NCBI GenBank assembly: GCA_049599475.1
Contig: JBMYOQ010000016.1
Span: 1 to 64,000, forward strand
From: Opitutales bacterium
GTDB taxonomy: Bacteria > Verrucomicrobiota > Verrucomicrobiia > Opitutales > JABSRG01
Direction of reading: 5' to 3'
DNA: 64,000 nt
Shown: one piece after another, positions 42,002 to 52,200 of the stretch
How positions within the stretch are numbered: position 1 is the stretch's first letter
How the letters are laid out: every line of letters begins with the position of its first letter
Position numbers and translations under genes: made by a program
Notes under the pieces: generated by a model
What the model was told of the DNA's origin: nothing
Seen by the model: only the letters and a program-made list of their open reading frames with translations
Database searches by the model: none

Positions 42002-42646
42002 ATGGATAGTTTTCAGGACTTTCTCCCTATTCTGGTGATTATCTTGGCCTCCCTGGGGCCAAAGATACTGGAGTTTTTCCAGAACCAGAGCAGCGAGGAA
42101 GAAGACCGCAACCAGCCGGCAGAGACCGAACAGCAACGGCGTATCAAAGAAGAGATACGCCGTCGCATTGAGGCTGCGAGGCAAGGCCAGCAACAGACTC
42201 AACAGCAGCAGCAACCTACACAGCAGGAGCGCCCGACCCAACAAACGTCGGGACCCCCTCCGCTGCAAACACAGCCGCCGCAGCGTCGCCAAGCCGCGCC
42301 ACCGCCTCTTACGCCGACAGCCGACGGGGGCCGCACCTCTTATCAAAGGGCGCAATCTCCCGAGCCTACTGCTCGTTTCGATCCCAATAAGGCACAACGT
42401 GAGCTGGAAGCCGCGCAAGAGCGCTTGAAGTCGACACACCAAAGGCTAGAAGCCGCAAAGCGCGAGGCCAAGCAACGCGCACGCCGTGCAGAGAAAACGG
42501 CCGCAGCGCGGAATCAAGCAGCTCCCGAGCTCGTGGCTCTCTCAGCGCAAGGCCTTCGCGGCTCCCTACGCGACAAGAAGCAAATACGCCGTGCTATCCT
42601 GCTATCAGAAGTGCTCAGTAAGCCGATTGCCATGCGGCAGTCCTGA
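42002..42646 (+). CDS. YqfB-like membrane-anchored Gln/Pro-rich protein
   Basis: N-terminal TM, low-complexity Q/P linker, C-terminal 'RRAILLSEVLSKP.A.R' motif; follows floA. Confidence 0.7.
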   Translation: MDSFQDFLPILVIILASLGPKILEFFQNQSSEEEDRNQPAETEQQRRIKEEIRRRIEAARQGQQQTQQQQQPTQQERPTQQTSGPPPLQTQPPQRRQAAPPPLTPTADGGRTSYQRAQSPEPTARFDPNKAQRELEAAQERLKSTHQRLEAAKREAKQRARRAEKTAAARNQAAPELVALSAQGLRGSLRDKKQIRRAILLSEVLSKPIAMRQS

Positions 42647-42685
42647 GCCGTTTAACCTTAATCTCCCGATACAAAAGCTCTCACC

Positions 42686-43300
42686 ATGTCACTTATAGTA
42701 CTCGTCATCCTCGTCGGTGTCGCCGGTTTTGTCATATTTTCTTTGATGCAAAGCAAGGGCGGCCCGATCGCCCCTCCACCCGAAACGAGAGCGATGACGA
42801 TCGAAAACGTCGATGTCGGCGGCACGATCATGTTGAGTGGCGTTGGTCCCGACCTCGAGGACTTCGATCTTATTGTCACGGCCAAGCATATCTACGAAGA
42901 GGACGGCTACCTCTGGCACGAACTCGAAGCAGAAAAGGGGGCTAAGAAAGTCTGGATCACCGTAGAGAATGACGATGAGCTCGAGCTTTCGATCACCGTC
43001 AGCAAACACAAGCTGCGCGATGCCGGCCTGACTCCCGAGCAGCTTGACCAATTCAAAAAGGACGACGATGGTAGCTTCTCTCTGGATGATGTCACGTATC
43101 ACTTGGAAGACTACGGCAAGGCAATCTTTTACCGTGGAGGCAATCGCGCCCAGGGTGAAAAATTCAAATACTGGGAGTTCGAGAGCAAAGACGAGCGCCA
43201 TTATGCATCCGTGGAAATGTGGGGAAGCGGCGAATACGAGCTTCATATCTCGGAGCCCCTTCGCAGTGCCCAAATCCAAATCTTTACCCTCAAAGGCTAG
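42686..43300 (+). CDS. DUF4178-like membrane-anchored protein
   Basis: N-terminal TM, 'YEEDGYLWHE...WITVE.DD', 'YWEF...SVEMWG'; operon context. Confidence 0.7.
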   Translation: MSLIVLVILVGVAGFVIFSLMQSKGGPIAPPPETRAMTIENVDVGGTIMLSGVGPDLEDFDLIVTAKHIYEEDGYLWHELEAEKGAKKVWITVENDDELELSITVSKHKLRDAGLTPEQLDQFKKDDDGSFSLDDVTYHLEDYGKAIFYRGGNRAQGEKFKYWEFESKDERHYASVEMWGSGEYELHISEPLRSAQIQIFTLKG

Positions 43301-43303
43301 ACG

Positions 43304-44197
43304 ATGACCGAAGGCCTCATGTATTGGGTGGGCGAACCCTTAATTTACATCGTGCTAGGCGTCATAATAATGACTCTCGCCAAACTTGTAAACGACTGGA
43401 CCACGCCCTACTGCGTCGATACTCAGCTCGCAAAGGAAGACAATCCCGCATTGGCCGTCAGCTTTGTCGGCTACATGCTCTCTGTAGTTGCTATTTTTAT
43501 AGGGGCCTTAAGCGGGCCGTCACTGGGGCTTGTCTATGACTTAGGCCTCACCACGCTTTACAGTGTATTCGGAATCATCCTCCTCAACTTGTCACGAATC
43601 ATCAATGACAAGCTGATTCTCAGCCAGTTTTCCAACGTCAAAGAGATAATTGAAGACCGCAACATTGGAACGGGCGCAGTCCAGTTCGGCTCCTACTTGG
43701 CAGCGGGACTCATTATCGCTGGATCCATCCAGGGTAATCTGGATCCCGTAGGAGATGTCACAAGTTCCTGGCTCAACACTTGGTATGGAGGACTGGTCAC
43801 AGCATCTGTATTTTTTGCACTGGGACAAATTGTTCTTATTTTCTTTTCGAAGATATACGACTGGATCACACCTTTCAGCGTGCACGACGAAATCGAGAAA
43901 GATAACGTGGCGGCCGGTATCGCATTCGGGGGTGCGCTCTTGGCCAACGGCATCGTGCTGATGCAAGCGTCTAGCGGCACTTTTATTGATTGGTCGACCA
44001 ATCTCGGAAAATTCGCAGCAGAGGCCGCAGCTCTTTTAGTCCTCCTTCCCTTTGTCCGCTTTGTGTATGACAAATGTGTATACGCAAAGATCGATCTAAA
44101 CGACGAAATCGTGAAAGACCGCAATATCGGCGCTGGCTTCCTAGAAGCTGGAGGCATGATCGGATTCGCCCTCATTTTCATCGCAGCCCTCGGCTAG
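43304..44197 (+). CDS. DUF350 (YjfL/UPF0719) membrane protein, internally duplicated
   Basis: Repeated 'E(I/L)..dN.a.g' motifs (KEDNPA, EDRNIG, EKDNVA, KDRNIG), about 8 TM helices. Confidence 0.85.
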   Translation: MTEGLMYWVGEPLIYIVLGVIIMTLAKLVNDWTTPYCVDTQLAKEDNPALAVSFVGYMLSVVAIFIGALSGPSLGLVYDLGLTTLYSVFGIILLNLSRIINDKLILSQFSNVKEIIEDRNIGTGAVQFGSYLAAGLIIAGSIQGNLDPVGDVTSSWLNTWYGGLVTASVFFALGQIVLIFFSKIYDWITPFSVHDEIEKDNVAAGIAFGGALLANGIVLMQASSGTFIDWSTNLGKFAAEAAALLVLLPFVRFVYDKCVYAKIDLNDEIVKDRNIGAGFLEAGGMIGFALIFIAALG

Positions 44198-44209
44198 GAG
44201 ATTTTACCC

Positions 44210-44803
44210 ATGGCATTTCAATCTCCCAAAAACAATATCGGCTTCCAAGTAACAGTAATCTTGGGGGTTTTCTCTCTGATCTGTCTAGCGACTGCAGCCG
44301 TCTTCAACATGGACAGCGGTAAGGCAATCTCCATGACGGTCCCCGGCAAAGGAGAGTTTTCAGAAAGCTTTAAGTCTGAAAAGAAGAACCAAGTCTATTT
44401 TGTTCAACTCAGAGGAAGCACCGGGAACCTCCCTTGGAATTCTGGATGGTCTGAGGCCGAAGTAGAAATAGCAGATGCGAACAATACCCCCTTATTTGCC
44501 TTTGGTGGAGATTTTTGGCGCGAAGCAGGTCGAGACGACGACGGTCCCTGGCAGGAACATAAGAGCCTCAATAAGATGAAAATCACCCTGCGCGACCCAG
44601 GCACTTACAATTTAAATGTAGATTTCAATTCAAGCGTCGCCAACCCTGGCAAACTCACGGTGACCTTGCACCCAAAGCGCGCCAGCAGCCTACCGTTCTT
44701 CGTGCTCGGAATCATTTCATTCATCGCCGCAGTCGCGATCGGATATTTCTCGTCTAAAACAATCGTTCACCAAGCAGTACGAAATTTTGATTATGAATTT
44801 TAA
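44210..44803 (+). CDS. Hypothetical membrane protein (TM - beta-rich domain - TM)
   Basis: 197 aa, hydrophobic segments at both ends, operonic spacing. Confidence 0.75.
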   Translation: MAFQSPKNNIGFQVTVILGVFSLICLATAAVFNMDSGKAISMTVPGKGEFSESFKSEKKNQVYFVQLRGSTGNLPWNSGWSEAEVEIADANNTPLFAFGGDFWREAGRDDDGPWQEHKSLNKMKITLRDPGTYNLNVDFNSSVANPGKLTVTLHPKRASSLPFFVLGIISFIAAVAIGYFSSKTIVHQAVRNFDYEF

Positions 44804-45056
44804 ACTACTTGCCCTCATCGGCATTCTCGGCGCCGTCTACGCAACCGCATACGCCGCAAGCCTACGCGGCTATGGCTACGCCGGGCACAAAACGTATAAA
44901 CGCAACGACGGCAGCTACTACTATGGTGGAGGCCCCAGCTTCTTCTACTGGGGCGGATCACGATACTACGACTCCGGCACCAGTGGAGGCAGTTTACGCG
45001 GCGGATCTCCGGGGGGGCCGAGTGTCCGTGGCGGGGGTCCCAGCTCCGGCAAATAA
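44793..45056 (+). CDS. Small membrane/secreted Gly/Tyr-rich protein with an RGGGPSSGK C-terminus
   Basis: Hydrophobic N-terminus, YYYGGG, SLRGGS...SVRGGGPSSGK; overlaps the upstream stop and ends 10 bp before speE. Confidence 0.75.
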   Translation: MNFKLLALIGILGAVYATAYAASLRGYGYAGHKTYKRNDGSYYYGGGPSFFYWGGSRYYDSGTSGGSLRGGSPGGPSVRGGGPSSGK

Positions 45057-45066
45057 GCTATTTTGA

Positions 45067-46626
45067 ATGGCAGACACCGCGAATACACCCAACAATGCAG
45101 AGCGCCAGCAAACCCTAGCGCTCACGTTTTCTGTATTCGTCGCCGGCTTATGCTCCATTGTCTACGAGCTGCTCATTGCCACAGTCTCTTCCTATTTTCT
45201 CGGGAATAGTGTCACCAAATTTTCCTTAACCATCGGCATTTACATGGCCGCGATGGGCCTGGGAGCATGGATTTCGCGCCACATTCAGCGAGACGAATAC
45301 AGCTTCTTTGTAAAAATGGAAATCGCGCTCGGCTTCCTCGGCGGCCTGAGCGTACCTATCTTATTTGCCACCTACAGCTTCATTCCCGATTCCTATATCT
45401 GGGTAATGGTCTTACTCACGGCGGGAATTGGCGTTTTGATCGGCTTCGAGATACCCATGCTCACACGCCTGCTTGAGCGCTTTTACACGCTCAAGATGAA
45501 TATATCCCATGTATTGAGCTTGGACTACTTCGGGGCTCTGATTGCCACGCTGCTCTTTCCCTTTGTCCTCCTGCCATGGATCGGCCCATTCCGCAGCTCT
45601 CTGCTTTTTGGCATAGTGAACATGAGTATCGGATTCCTGGTACTTTGGAAATTTCCCAATGCCTTCAATCCCGGGGCGCGCAAGTACTACGCCTTCCTCA
45701 GCAGCTCGGTACTTACCCTCTTAGTGGGCCTACTCATTGCATCCCAGGCTCTGATCAGCAACTGGTCCGACAGCTTGTATGATGACACCGTAATCTTGGA
45801 AAAGCAGACGCCCTACCAGCGTATCGTCGTGACACGCTACGGGGAAGACGTCCGACTTTTCCTCGATGGAAACCTACAATTCTCATCCCGCGACGAGTTT
45901 CGCTACCACGAGGCGATCGCCCATCCTGCTTTGGCCCAAACTCGGAACCGCCAAGACGTCCTGATCCTAGGAGGCGGCGATGGCCTGCTAGCGCGCGAAG
46001 TTCTCAAATGGCCGGATGTTGAACAGATCATCATGGTGGACCTCGATCCGGCGGTAACTGATCTCGCCCGAGCCCACCCCCTCTTCACCCAACTGAACGA
46101 TGATGCCCTGAAAGACCCACGTATAGAAGTCATCAACGGGGACGCCTTCCAATTTCTGGATACAGCCGAAGGACGAGAATTCCAGACAATCATCGCTGAC
46201 CTACCGGATCCCAACAACATTTCCCTAGCGCGCCTCTACAGCCGCGAATTCTATCGACTTGTCCGCTCTCGATTGGCGCCTGGAGGCGTCTTCGTCACTC
46301 AGGCCACGAGCCCCTATTTTGCCACCGAAACTTTCTGGCAGATCCAAGAAACGGTCTCATCCGCCGGCTTCGGAGACACACTTCCCTACCATGCAGACGT
46401 CCCCAGCTTCGGCGATTGGGGCTTCATTATGGCTGCCAACCACTCCCTGGAGACCGAACTCCGCGGCCTGCCCAATGAATTACGTTTTTTGAGCGAAGAA
46501 GGCTTCCCGGTGCTCACCCATTTTAGTAAAGATCTTAGCAGAGATAATTTTGCTGTCCTCCCAAACACTCTAGACAATCCCACCCTTCTGGCCCGCTACC
46601 TTAAAGCAGTGCGAGATTGGCGATAA
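45067..46626 (+). CDS. speE: Membrane-fused polyamine aminopropyltransferase (spermidine synthase family)
   Basis: About 7 N-terminal TM helices (GLCSIVYELL), QTPYQRI, FLDGNLQF...YHE, VLILGGGDG, DLD, DLPDP, LYSREFY. Confidence 0.92.
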   Translation: MADTANTPNNAERQQTLALTFSVFVAGLCSIVYELLIATVSSYFLGNSVTKFSLTIGIYMAAMGLGAWISRHIQRDEYSFFVKMEIALGFLGGLSVPILFATYSFIPDSYIWVMVLLTAGIGVLIGFEIPMLTRLLERFYTLKMNISHVLSLDYFGALIATLLFPFVLLPWIGPFRSSLLFGIVNMSIGFLVLWKFPNAFNPGARKYYAFLSSSVLTLLVGLLIASQALISNWSDSLYDDTVILEKQTPYQRIVVTRYGEDVRLFLDGNLQFSSRDEFRYHEAIAHPALAQTRNRQDVLILGGGDGLLAREVLKWPDVEQIIMVDLDPAVTDLARAHPLFTQLNDDALKDPRIEVINGDAFQFLDTAEGREFQTIIADLPDPNNISLARLYSREFYRLVRSRLAPGGVFVTQATSPYFATETFWQIQETVSSAGFGDTLPYHADVPSFGDWGFIMAANHSLETELRGLPNELRFLSEEGFPVLTHFSKDLSRDNFAVLPNTLDNPTLLARYLKAVRDWR

Positions 46627-46666
46627 ACCGTTTCTCAATTAAAAGACTCAAATCAAATCGAACCCC

Positions 46667-47083
46667 ATGGAAAGTATACAAGTCACAACCGAACGCTCCG
46701 ACGGTCTCGTCGAGTTCTTACAGCTCAACGACTTCATAGTCACCGAACTCGAGGGCAACATCCTGCAAGTTGTCCGCGGTGAAGAGCTACCTGTTTATCT
46801 GTATCAAAACAACAATTCACTCCACTTCGAAGTGGACTTGGGCAACATCTCTGGAATCGCCAGCAAAGAACTCTATGAAGCCCTCCTCGACGCCAACACT
46901 ACCGTTCAGCCCGTGTGCTTCGCGCTCAGCTCGAGCAACCCCGAGGACCCACGCCTGATCATTACGGAAAGCCAATTCACGCAAGATCTCTGCGACCAAG
47001 AGATTCTTGGAATCTTCGACGCCCTCGAACTCGCCGCTGATACCGCGGAAACGATCCTGTCACCCTTTCTGCAAAACGCCTAA
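46667..47083 (+). CDS. YjfI/CesT-like (type III chaperone fold) protein
   Basis: Acidic 138 aa, 'LYEALLDAN...PVCFAL' pattern, directly upstream of pspA. Confidence 0.65.
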   Translation: MESIQVTTERSDGLVEFLQLNDFIVTELEGNILQVVRGEELPVYLYQNNNSLHFEVDLGNISGIASKELYEALLDANTTVQPVCFALSSSNPEDPRLIITESQFTQDLCDQEILGIFDALELAADTAETILSPFLQNA

Positions 47084-47095
47084 TTCCCCACTGCT

Positions 47096-47797
47096 ATGAG
47101 TATATTTAGCCGCATATTTAATATTGGTAAGGCCAACGTAAACAAGGCCCTCGACTCGATGGAAAAGCCCGAGGTCATGCTCGATCAGGCGATTCGCAAT
47201 AAGGAAAAGCAGATCATGGAAGCGAAAAAAGCGATCCAGGGCTGCATTGCCACCGAGCACCAGACCAAGAAACTGCTCGAACAGGAAAAAGCCGAACAAC
47301 TCGCCTGGGAGCAACGCGCCCAAGAAGCCCTCAAGAGTGGCCGCGAAGATCTCGCAGCGAAGGCCCTCCAGCGCGCCATGGAGTACGAGCAAAAGGCAAC
47401 CGACCTTCAGGCCAATTGGGAAAGCCAGCGTGCCGCCACCTCAGAGCTCAAGCGCGACATCCTAAAAATGGACGACGAGCTTAAGGACTTCCGCCGAAAT
47501 AAGGACTTTATCATCGCTCAATCCAAGGCTGCCGACGTCAAGAAAAGCATCTATGAGGCTAAGGCTAAGATCAGCAAGGATCGCTCAGCCGACGACCTCA
47601 TGGAGCGCATGAAACGAAAAGCGGAGCGCTCAGGTGCCGAGGCTGATGCAGCCAAGGAGCTCGCAGAAACTTTCGACGGTAAAGACTCCCTTGAGAAAGA
47701 ATTCGAGTCTATGGAAAGCTCCGGCGTCTCTCCGTCTGTCGCCGAAAAATTGGCGGCGATGAAGGCTGGCCTCAACAAGGGTCAACCCGGGGCATAA
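47096..47797 (+). CDS. pspA: PspA/IM30 (ESCRT-III-like) family protein
   Basis: MSIFSRIFNIGKANVN amphipathic start, EKPEVMLDQAIR, 'A..ALKSGREDLA..AL', coiled coil. Confidence 0.92.
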   Translation: MSIFSRIFNIGKANVNKALDSMEKPEVMLDQAIRNKEKQIMEAKKAIQGCIATEHQTKKLLEQEKAEQLAWEQRAQEALKSGREDLAAKALQRAMEYEQKATDLQANWESQRAATSELKRDILKMDDELKDFRRNKDFIIAQSKAADVKKSIYEAKAKISKDRSADDLMERMKRKAERSGAEADAAKELAETFDGKDSLEKEFESMESSGVSPSVAEKLAAMKAGLNKGQPGA

Positions 47798-47805
47798 CCG
47801 GACTC

Positions 47806-48207
47806 ATGGGAATGCCAATACCAGCTCCTTTCAATGGGCCCGAAGCCGAGAAATCACACTCGGCTTCGGGCACCCATGTCTTAGCGGAGCTGAATGGCTG
47901 TCCTGAACACCTGCTCAATTGTCCTCAAACACTGGATACTGAGCTGGTCTCAGCAGCCAAAGGGGCAGGCGCGACCGTTGTAAGCTCGCACTTTCACCAC
48001 TTCAGTCCCCACGGAGTGAGCGGAGTCGTGGTGATCGCCGAGAGCCACATCACCCTACACACGTGGCCAGAAATAGGCTACGCCGCCCTCGACGTTTTTA
48101 CCTGCGGCCATCCAGATCTCCCACTCCGTATCGCGCAGAAGATTGAAAAGATCCTAGGTGCCCAGACCTCAAAGATTCGAGAAATCAGCCGAGGTCCCAA
48201 TGAGTGA
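47806..48207 (+). CDS. speD: S-adenosylmethionine decarboxylase proenzyme
   Basis: GTHVLAEL, HHFSPHGVSGVVVIAESH (E/S self-cleavage site), HTWPE, DVFTCG. Confidence 0.93.
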   Translation: MGMPIPAPFNGPEAEKSHSASGTHVLAELNGCPEHLLNCPQTLDTELVSAAKGAGATVVSSHFHHFSPHGVSGVVVIAESHITLHTWPEIGYAALDVFTCGHPDLPLRIAQKIEKILGAQTSKIREISRGPNE

Positions 48208-48279
48208 GGATACATACAGACGCATGGACAAAACGGTATTTTCCGCTCGCAAACGCGAATGAAGAACGCCGATCCCAAA

Positions 48280-49092
48280 TTACTGTGGAGTATCTGAAAT
48301 CCGAAAACGAATCGGAAACATAAAACGCGCATTCACGGGACGCCCGTTCTTCTTCGGGACTTCAAAAACACAGCTCTCTGCGCAGCGAATTGCAGGCATT
48401 ATAAAGGCCAATTCTGCGGCTTCTACAACCCGCTCGACCCATACCGATCCGTCTGTCTGGATTAGGACAAGCAGCTTTACCAAGCCTTCCACTCGTTGCC
48501 TGCGCAAGTCCATCGGATACTCTGGAGGATTCCCCGAGAGGCGCTTGGGAACGGCATCCAACTCATTCAGGCTAAACGAATTCTGACTCGAGTTAGAAGA
48601 GGTCGACCCGCCAGTCTGGTTTTTCATAGTGTCCATAAAGGACTTCAGCCGCTGGGTAAGCTCCTCCTTGCTCAGACCGTCCAACTCCCCACGAAGGGAA
48701 TCTGCCGAAGGCTTCGCATCATTCGCCGGACCATCTAATTGAAAATCTACCGTTAAGACTGTTCGCGCTTTGACCGGCTCTCCGTTTCTCAGCGGAGGCT
48801 CGTAGACCAGGGCTCCCGCGTATATCCGAGCCGAGGCCTCGAACAGTTTGTTTGAGGATTCTATGATCCGGGTTATCTCAGTGTTGCCCTCTTCATTAAT
48901 GAGAATAGCCATGCGCACACTCCCGACAACACCCTCTGCTTTTAAACCCTCCGGATAATAGAGGTCTGGCTCATGCACCAGCGCCGGCCTGCCGTCCAAC
49001 TCCGTTAAAAAGTAGAAACGATCATCGGCATGGAGACAGGTCACACAACATAGCAGTCCAACCATCCATTTGAGGGCTCTTTTCAAACACAT
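48280..49092 (-). CDS. TonB C-terminal domain protein (two TonB_C domains)
   Basis: Two 'P.YP..l...g.eG.V...' repeats, each ending '..NG.PV'; N-terminal signal peptide. Confidence 0.8.
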   Translation of the reverse strand: MCLKRALKWMVGLLCCVTCLHADDRFYFLTELDGRPALVHEPDLYYPEGLKAEGVVGSVRMAILINEEGNTEITRIIESSNKLFEASARIYAGALVYEPPLRNGEPVKARTVLTVDFQLDGPANDAKPSADSLRGELDGLSKEELTQRLKSFMDTMKNQTGGSTSSNSSQNSFSLNELDAVPKRLSGNPPEYPMDLRRQRVEGLVKLLVLIQTDGSVWVERVVEAAELAFIMPAIRCAESCVFEVPKKNGRPVNARFMFPIRFRISDTPQ

Positions 49093-49224
49093 AATGCTCA
49101 GATCAAGAATGCTAATTCTAAAAATGCTAGCCTATAGATTCAAAAAGATACAATCGGGTCAACAGCTCCCCAGCATCAAAAAGAGCTGGCATTCGGCATC
49201 TTCGCTGCTCAAAAAACATGCATA

Positions 49225-52200
49225 ATGGGTATCCGCTTTATAGTTATAATCCTATGTTTGTTAATCAGCTTTCACTCGGCGAGCGCTGATACCGAAGCGA
49301 ATAGTTCATTTTCTGAGGCCTTCAAAGAAGCCCTGAAAATACCCGAATCCTATCGGGTTGTCGAACCGAGCTGGGGACTCATCGTCGCAGACAAAGATGG
49401 AAGAATATGGCGGAGCAATGCCCGTGTTTCTAGGACAGGGAAGTTCAATGGTGAAGATGAAGCCCTGTTCTTCAGCCAGATGCGGGGTCGCAACTTCCAG
49501 CTCTCCATCCAGCCAGTCTTCCTGGAAAATACCGAAATCCCGCTCTATACTATCGCGGAAGCCTGGTATTCCCTACACGGCATTTCCTTAGGAGAATCCG
49601 ACATCCTGAATATGGAACCCTTGGAGCAACCGGCTGGAGAGCCCTGGTTGCAGATAGATACCATCGTTCACCAGGAAAATCATTCGGACACCATTTCTAC
49701 TCTCATTGCGCGCTTGGACTCGGTGGTCATCATCGCAAATGCATGGAAATCCCATGACGAGCCCTTCGTCAACCTACCTCGTTTCACAGAAATATTTCAA
49801 CTGCATCCCGAGCTTTCCCTCTCAAATGTGAGTGGCCTCCCACGGAGCGCGAACAGCACCGAACAAGCAACGGTCATCAATCACATTGGCCTGAGCCTGT
49901 TCAACCAGGGCAATCTCATTTGGGCAGCAGATCTATTCAAAAGAGCACATCGCTTAGACCCATTCTACGAAGATTACTTCCGCAACTCGGTATTGGCCCT
50001 ACAGAAATCTGGGCAACATGCCGCAGTGGAAACCCTGATCAAGGAAGCGCCTATCGGCATGCAAAAATCTCCGGCTATTGTGCAAATGCGTGTATCCAGC
50101 CTCATTGCGCTAGGCGAGAGCGCACGGGCAGCCGAGATTCTCAAGAGAGAAATTGATCGAGGAGTCAAAAGTGAATCCGTGATCATCCAATATATGAACT
50201 CCCTTTTCGCTCTAGAGGAATTCGCCGAAGTCCGCGATGTAGGTGTCGAAGCCCTCGAACAAGGTCTAAATTCTTCGACAATCATGAGCAACCTGGGATG
50301 GGCGTATCTCAGGCTTGAGGACTACGAAAATGCCCGAGAAACCTTCCAAGGCATGGGCCGTCTTTTGAACGCCAACCTCGAAGCTTCCTATGGATGGATG
50401 CAACTCCTCCTGGAAGAGGAGAAATATGAAGAATGCACAGCCTTTGGTATTAATATTTTTGAGACGAAGGGTGATCTTTCAGCTCTATCCTATGCAATAC
50501 GAGGCCTTATCGAAACAGGTGATCATGATACGGCGGAAGAATATATTACCGTCGGCCTCAAACGCAATCCTGCCAACCCGGATCTACTCCAATGGGATGA
50601 GTATGTGAAAAGCCTCACCGGCGAGGGTGTATCTCGAGAAGCGTCTACCCCAATCGAAGCCCTCGTGATCAATCAGGATCTACAGACTCAGATCGACACA
50701 TGGAAATCCCAGGAGCCCGCAGTATCCGAAGAATTATTACAAAACATAGAAGACAAGGGCGCAATGTATAATGAAGTCACCACGATTACAGAGTGGATAT
50801 CCGGCGACTCCTATACCACAACCACGCGTCTCGTCGCCACGATCAAATCGAAATCCACGGTGGACGCCTTCAAGCAGTTCGTGTTCAATTTCAACCCGTT
50901 CTCAGAGTCGATCTACATCAACAAAATTGAAGTACGCGACGAGACTGGAGCCATTCTCGCAACTGAAAACCGCGACAAGTTTGTGGTTCGCCACGAAGAC
51001 TCTTCAGCCTACGCCACAGAGGATCGCATACTCATTGTTCCGATTCCAAGCATTCGCAAAGGGCGCACTCTAGAGCTCGTCTACACCCGACAAAGACGTG
51101 GCACCGAAGTGAAATTTCCGTTCACACAGAATTTCTTCACAGGAGTCTATCCCGTCATGGAGTCTCATTACATTTTGCATGACAAAGAAGGGGCCCTGCA
51201 CGCTAAAGCCTCTGGGATCGAAAAACACGTTTCTCTAGAAAACGGAGCTCTGTGGTCAGTATTCAATGCAAAAGGATTACCCAGCGAAGACAACCTACCG
51301 ACACCCGTCCAAATCGAGCCTGTCTTGAGAATTTCCAGCCAAGAGAAATCCTGGACTGAGCTAGCCTCAGATTACAAAGAACGTATCGACCATACACTTA
51401 CTGAGTCTTCTGAGACGATGGACGAATGGATCAAGGAACACATCGAAAAGCATTCGAACCACGAAGATTCACTAGCTTCCGCGCTCACCGCAATTCGAGA
51501 AAACTTCAACTACCAAGGCTACCTATTTGGCGAGCGCGCCCAAGTGCCCAACTTACCTAGCGATATCATCAACAACGGCTATGGGGACTGCAAAGATCTC
51601 AGCCTTCTCCTTCATAAGACTTTAGAATTCCTCGAGATTCCGAGCTTCCTCACTCTAGTAAACACGAAAGGAGCCATCGCAACCGACATCCCATCTATCG
51701 ATCAATTTGACCATATGATCGTCTACAGCCCAGGCCTCGGAGAATCCGGGCGCTTCCTCGACGCTACCGAAGCCTTCGCAACCGGTCTCACCGATCCGAC
51801 TCATCTACAAAACGTCGAGGCGTTTGTCTTGGATTGGGACAATCCTCGCTTCGAGAAAATCAATCATTCTAAACCCACGGAAACCCCCATCTATTCCGAG
51901 CGCGAGGTAGTCCTTGAGACTGATGGCGCAATCAATGTCACAGAATCCATCACAATGCGTGGCCGTGCGGCCGAGAATTTTAAACGCTGGCTATCCACGA
52001 TGACTCCAACTGAGCGCCGAGATGCGATTCAAAGGTGGATGAATCACAACAAGCTCACGCTTCAAGTAGACTCAATATCCACCGAAAATGTAGAATCTCT
52101 CTACACTCCTCTATTTCTCGAAATTACAGCATCCACCAGTACGGATTCTCTGCAGCCCAACTCATCCAACTCCCTAGATTTGCCCATCATTTCAGAGGCA

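Noticed and set aside
42180..42300. CAG/CAA-rich repetitive DNA
   Set aside because: Encodes the Gln/Pro linker of the YqfB-like protein; not a CRISPR or DNA-level repeat
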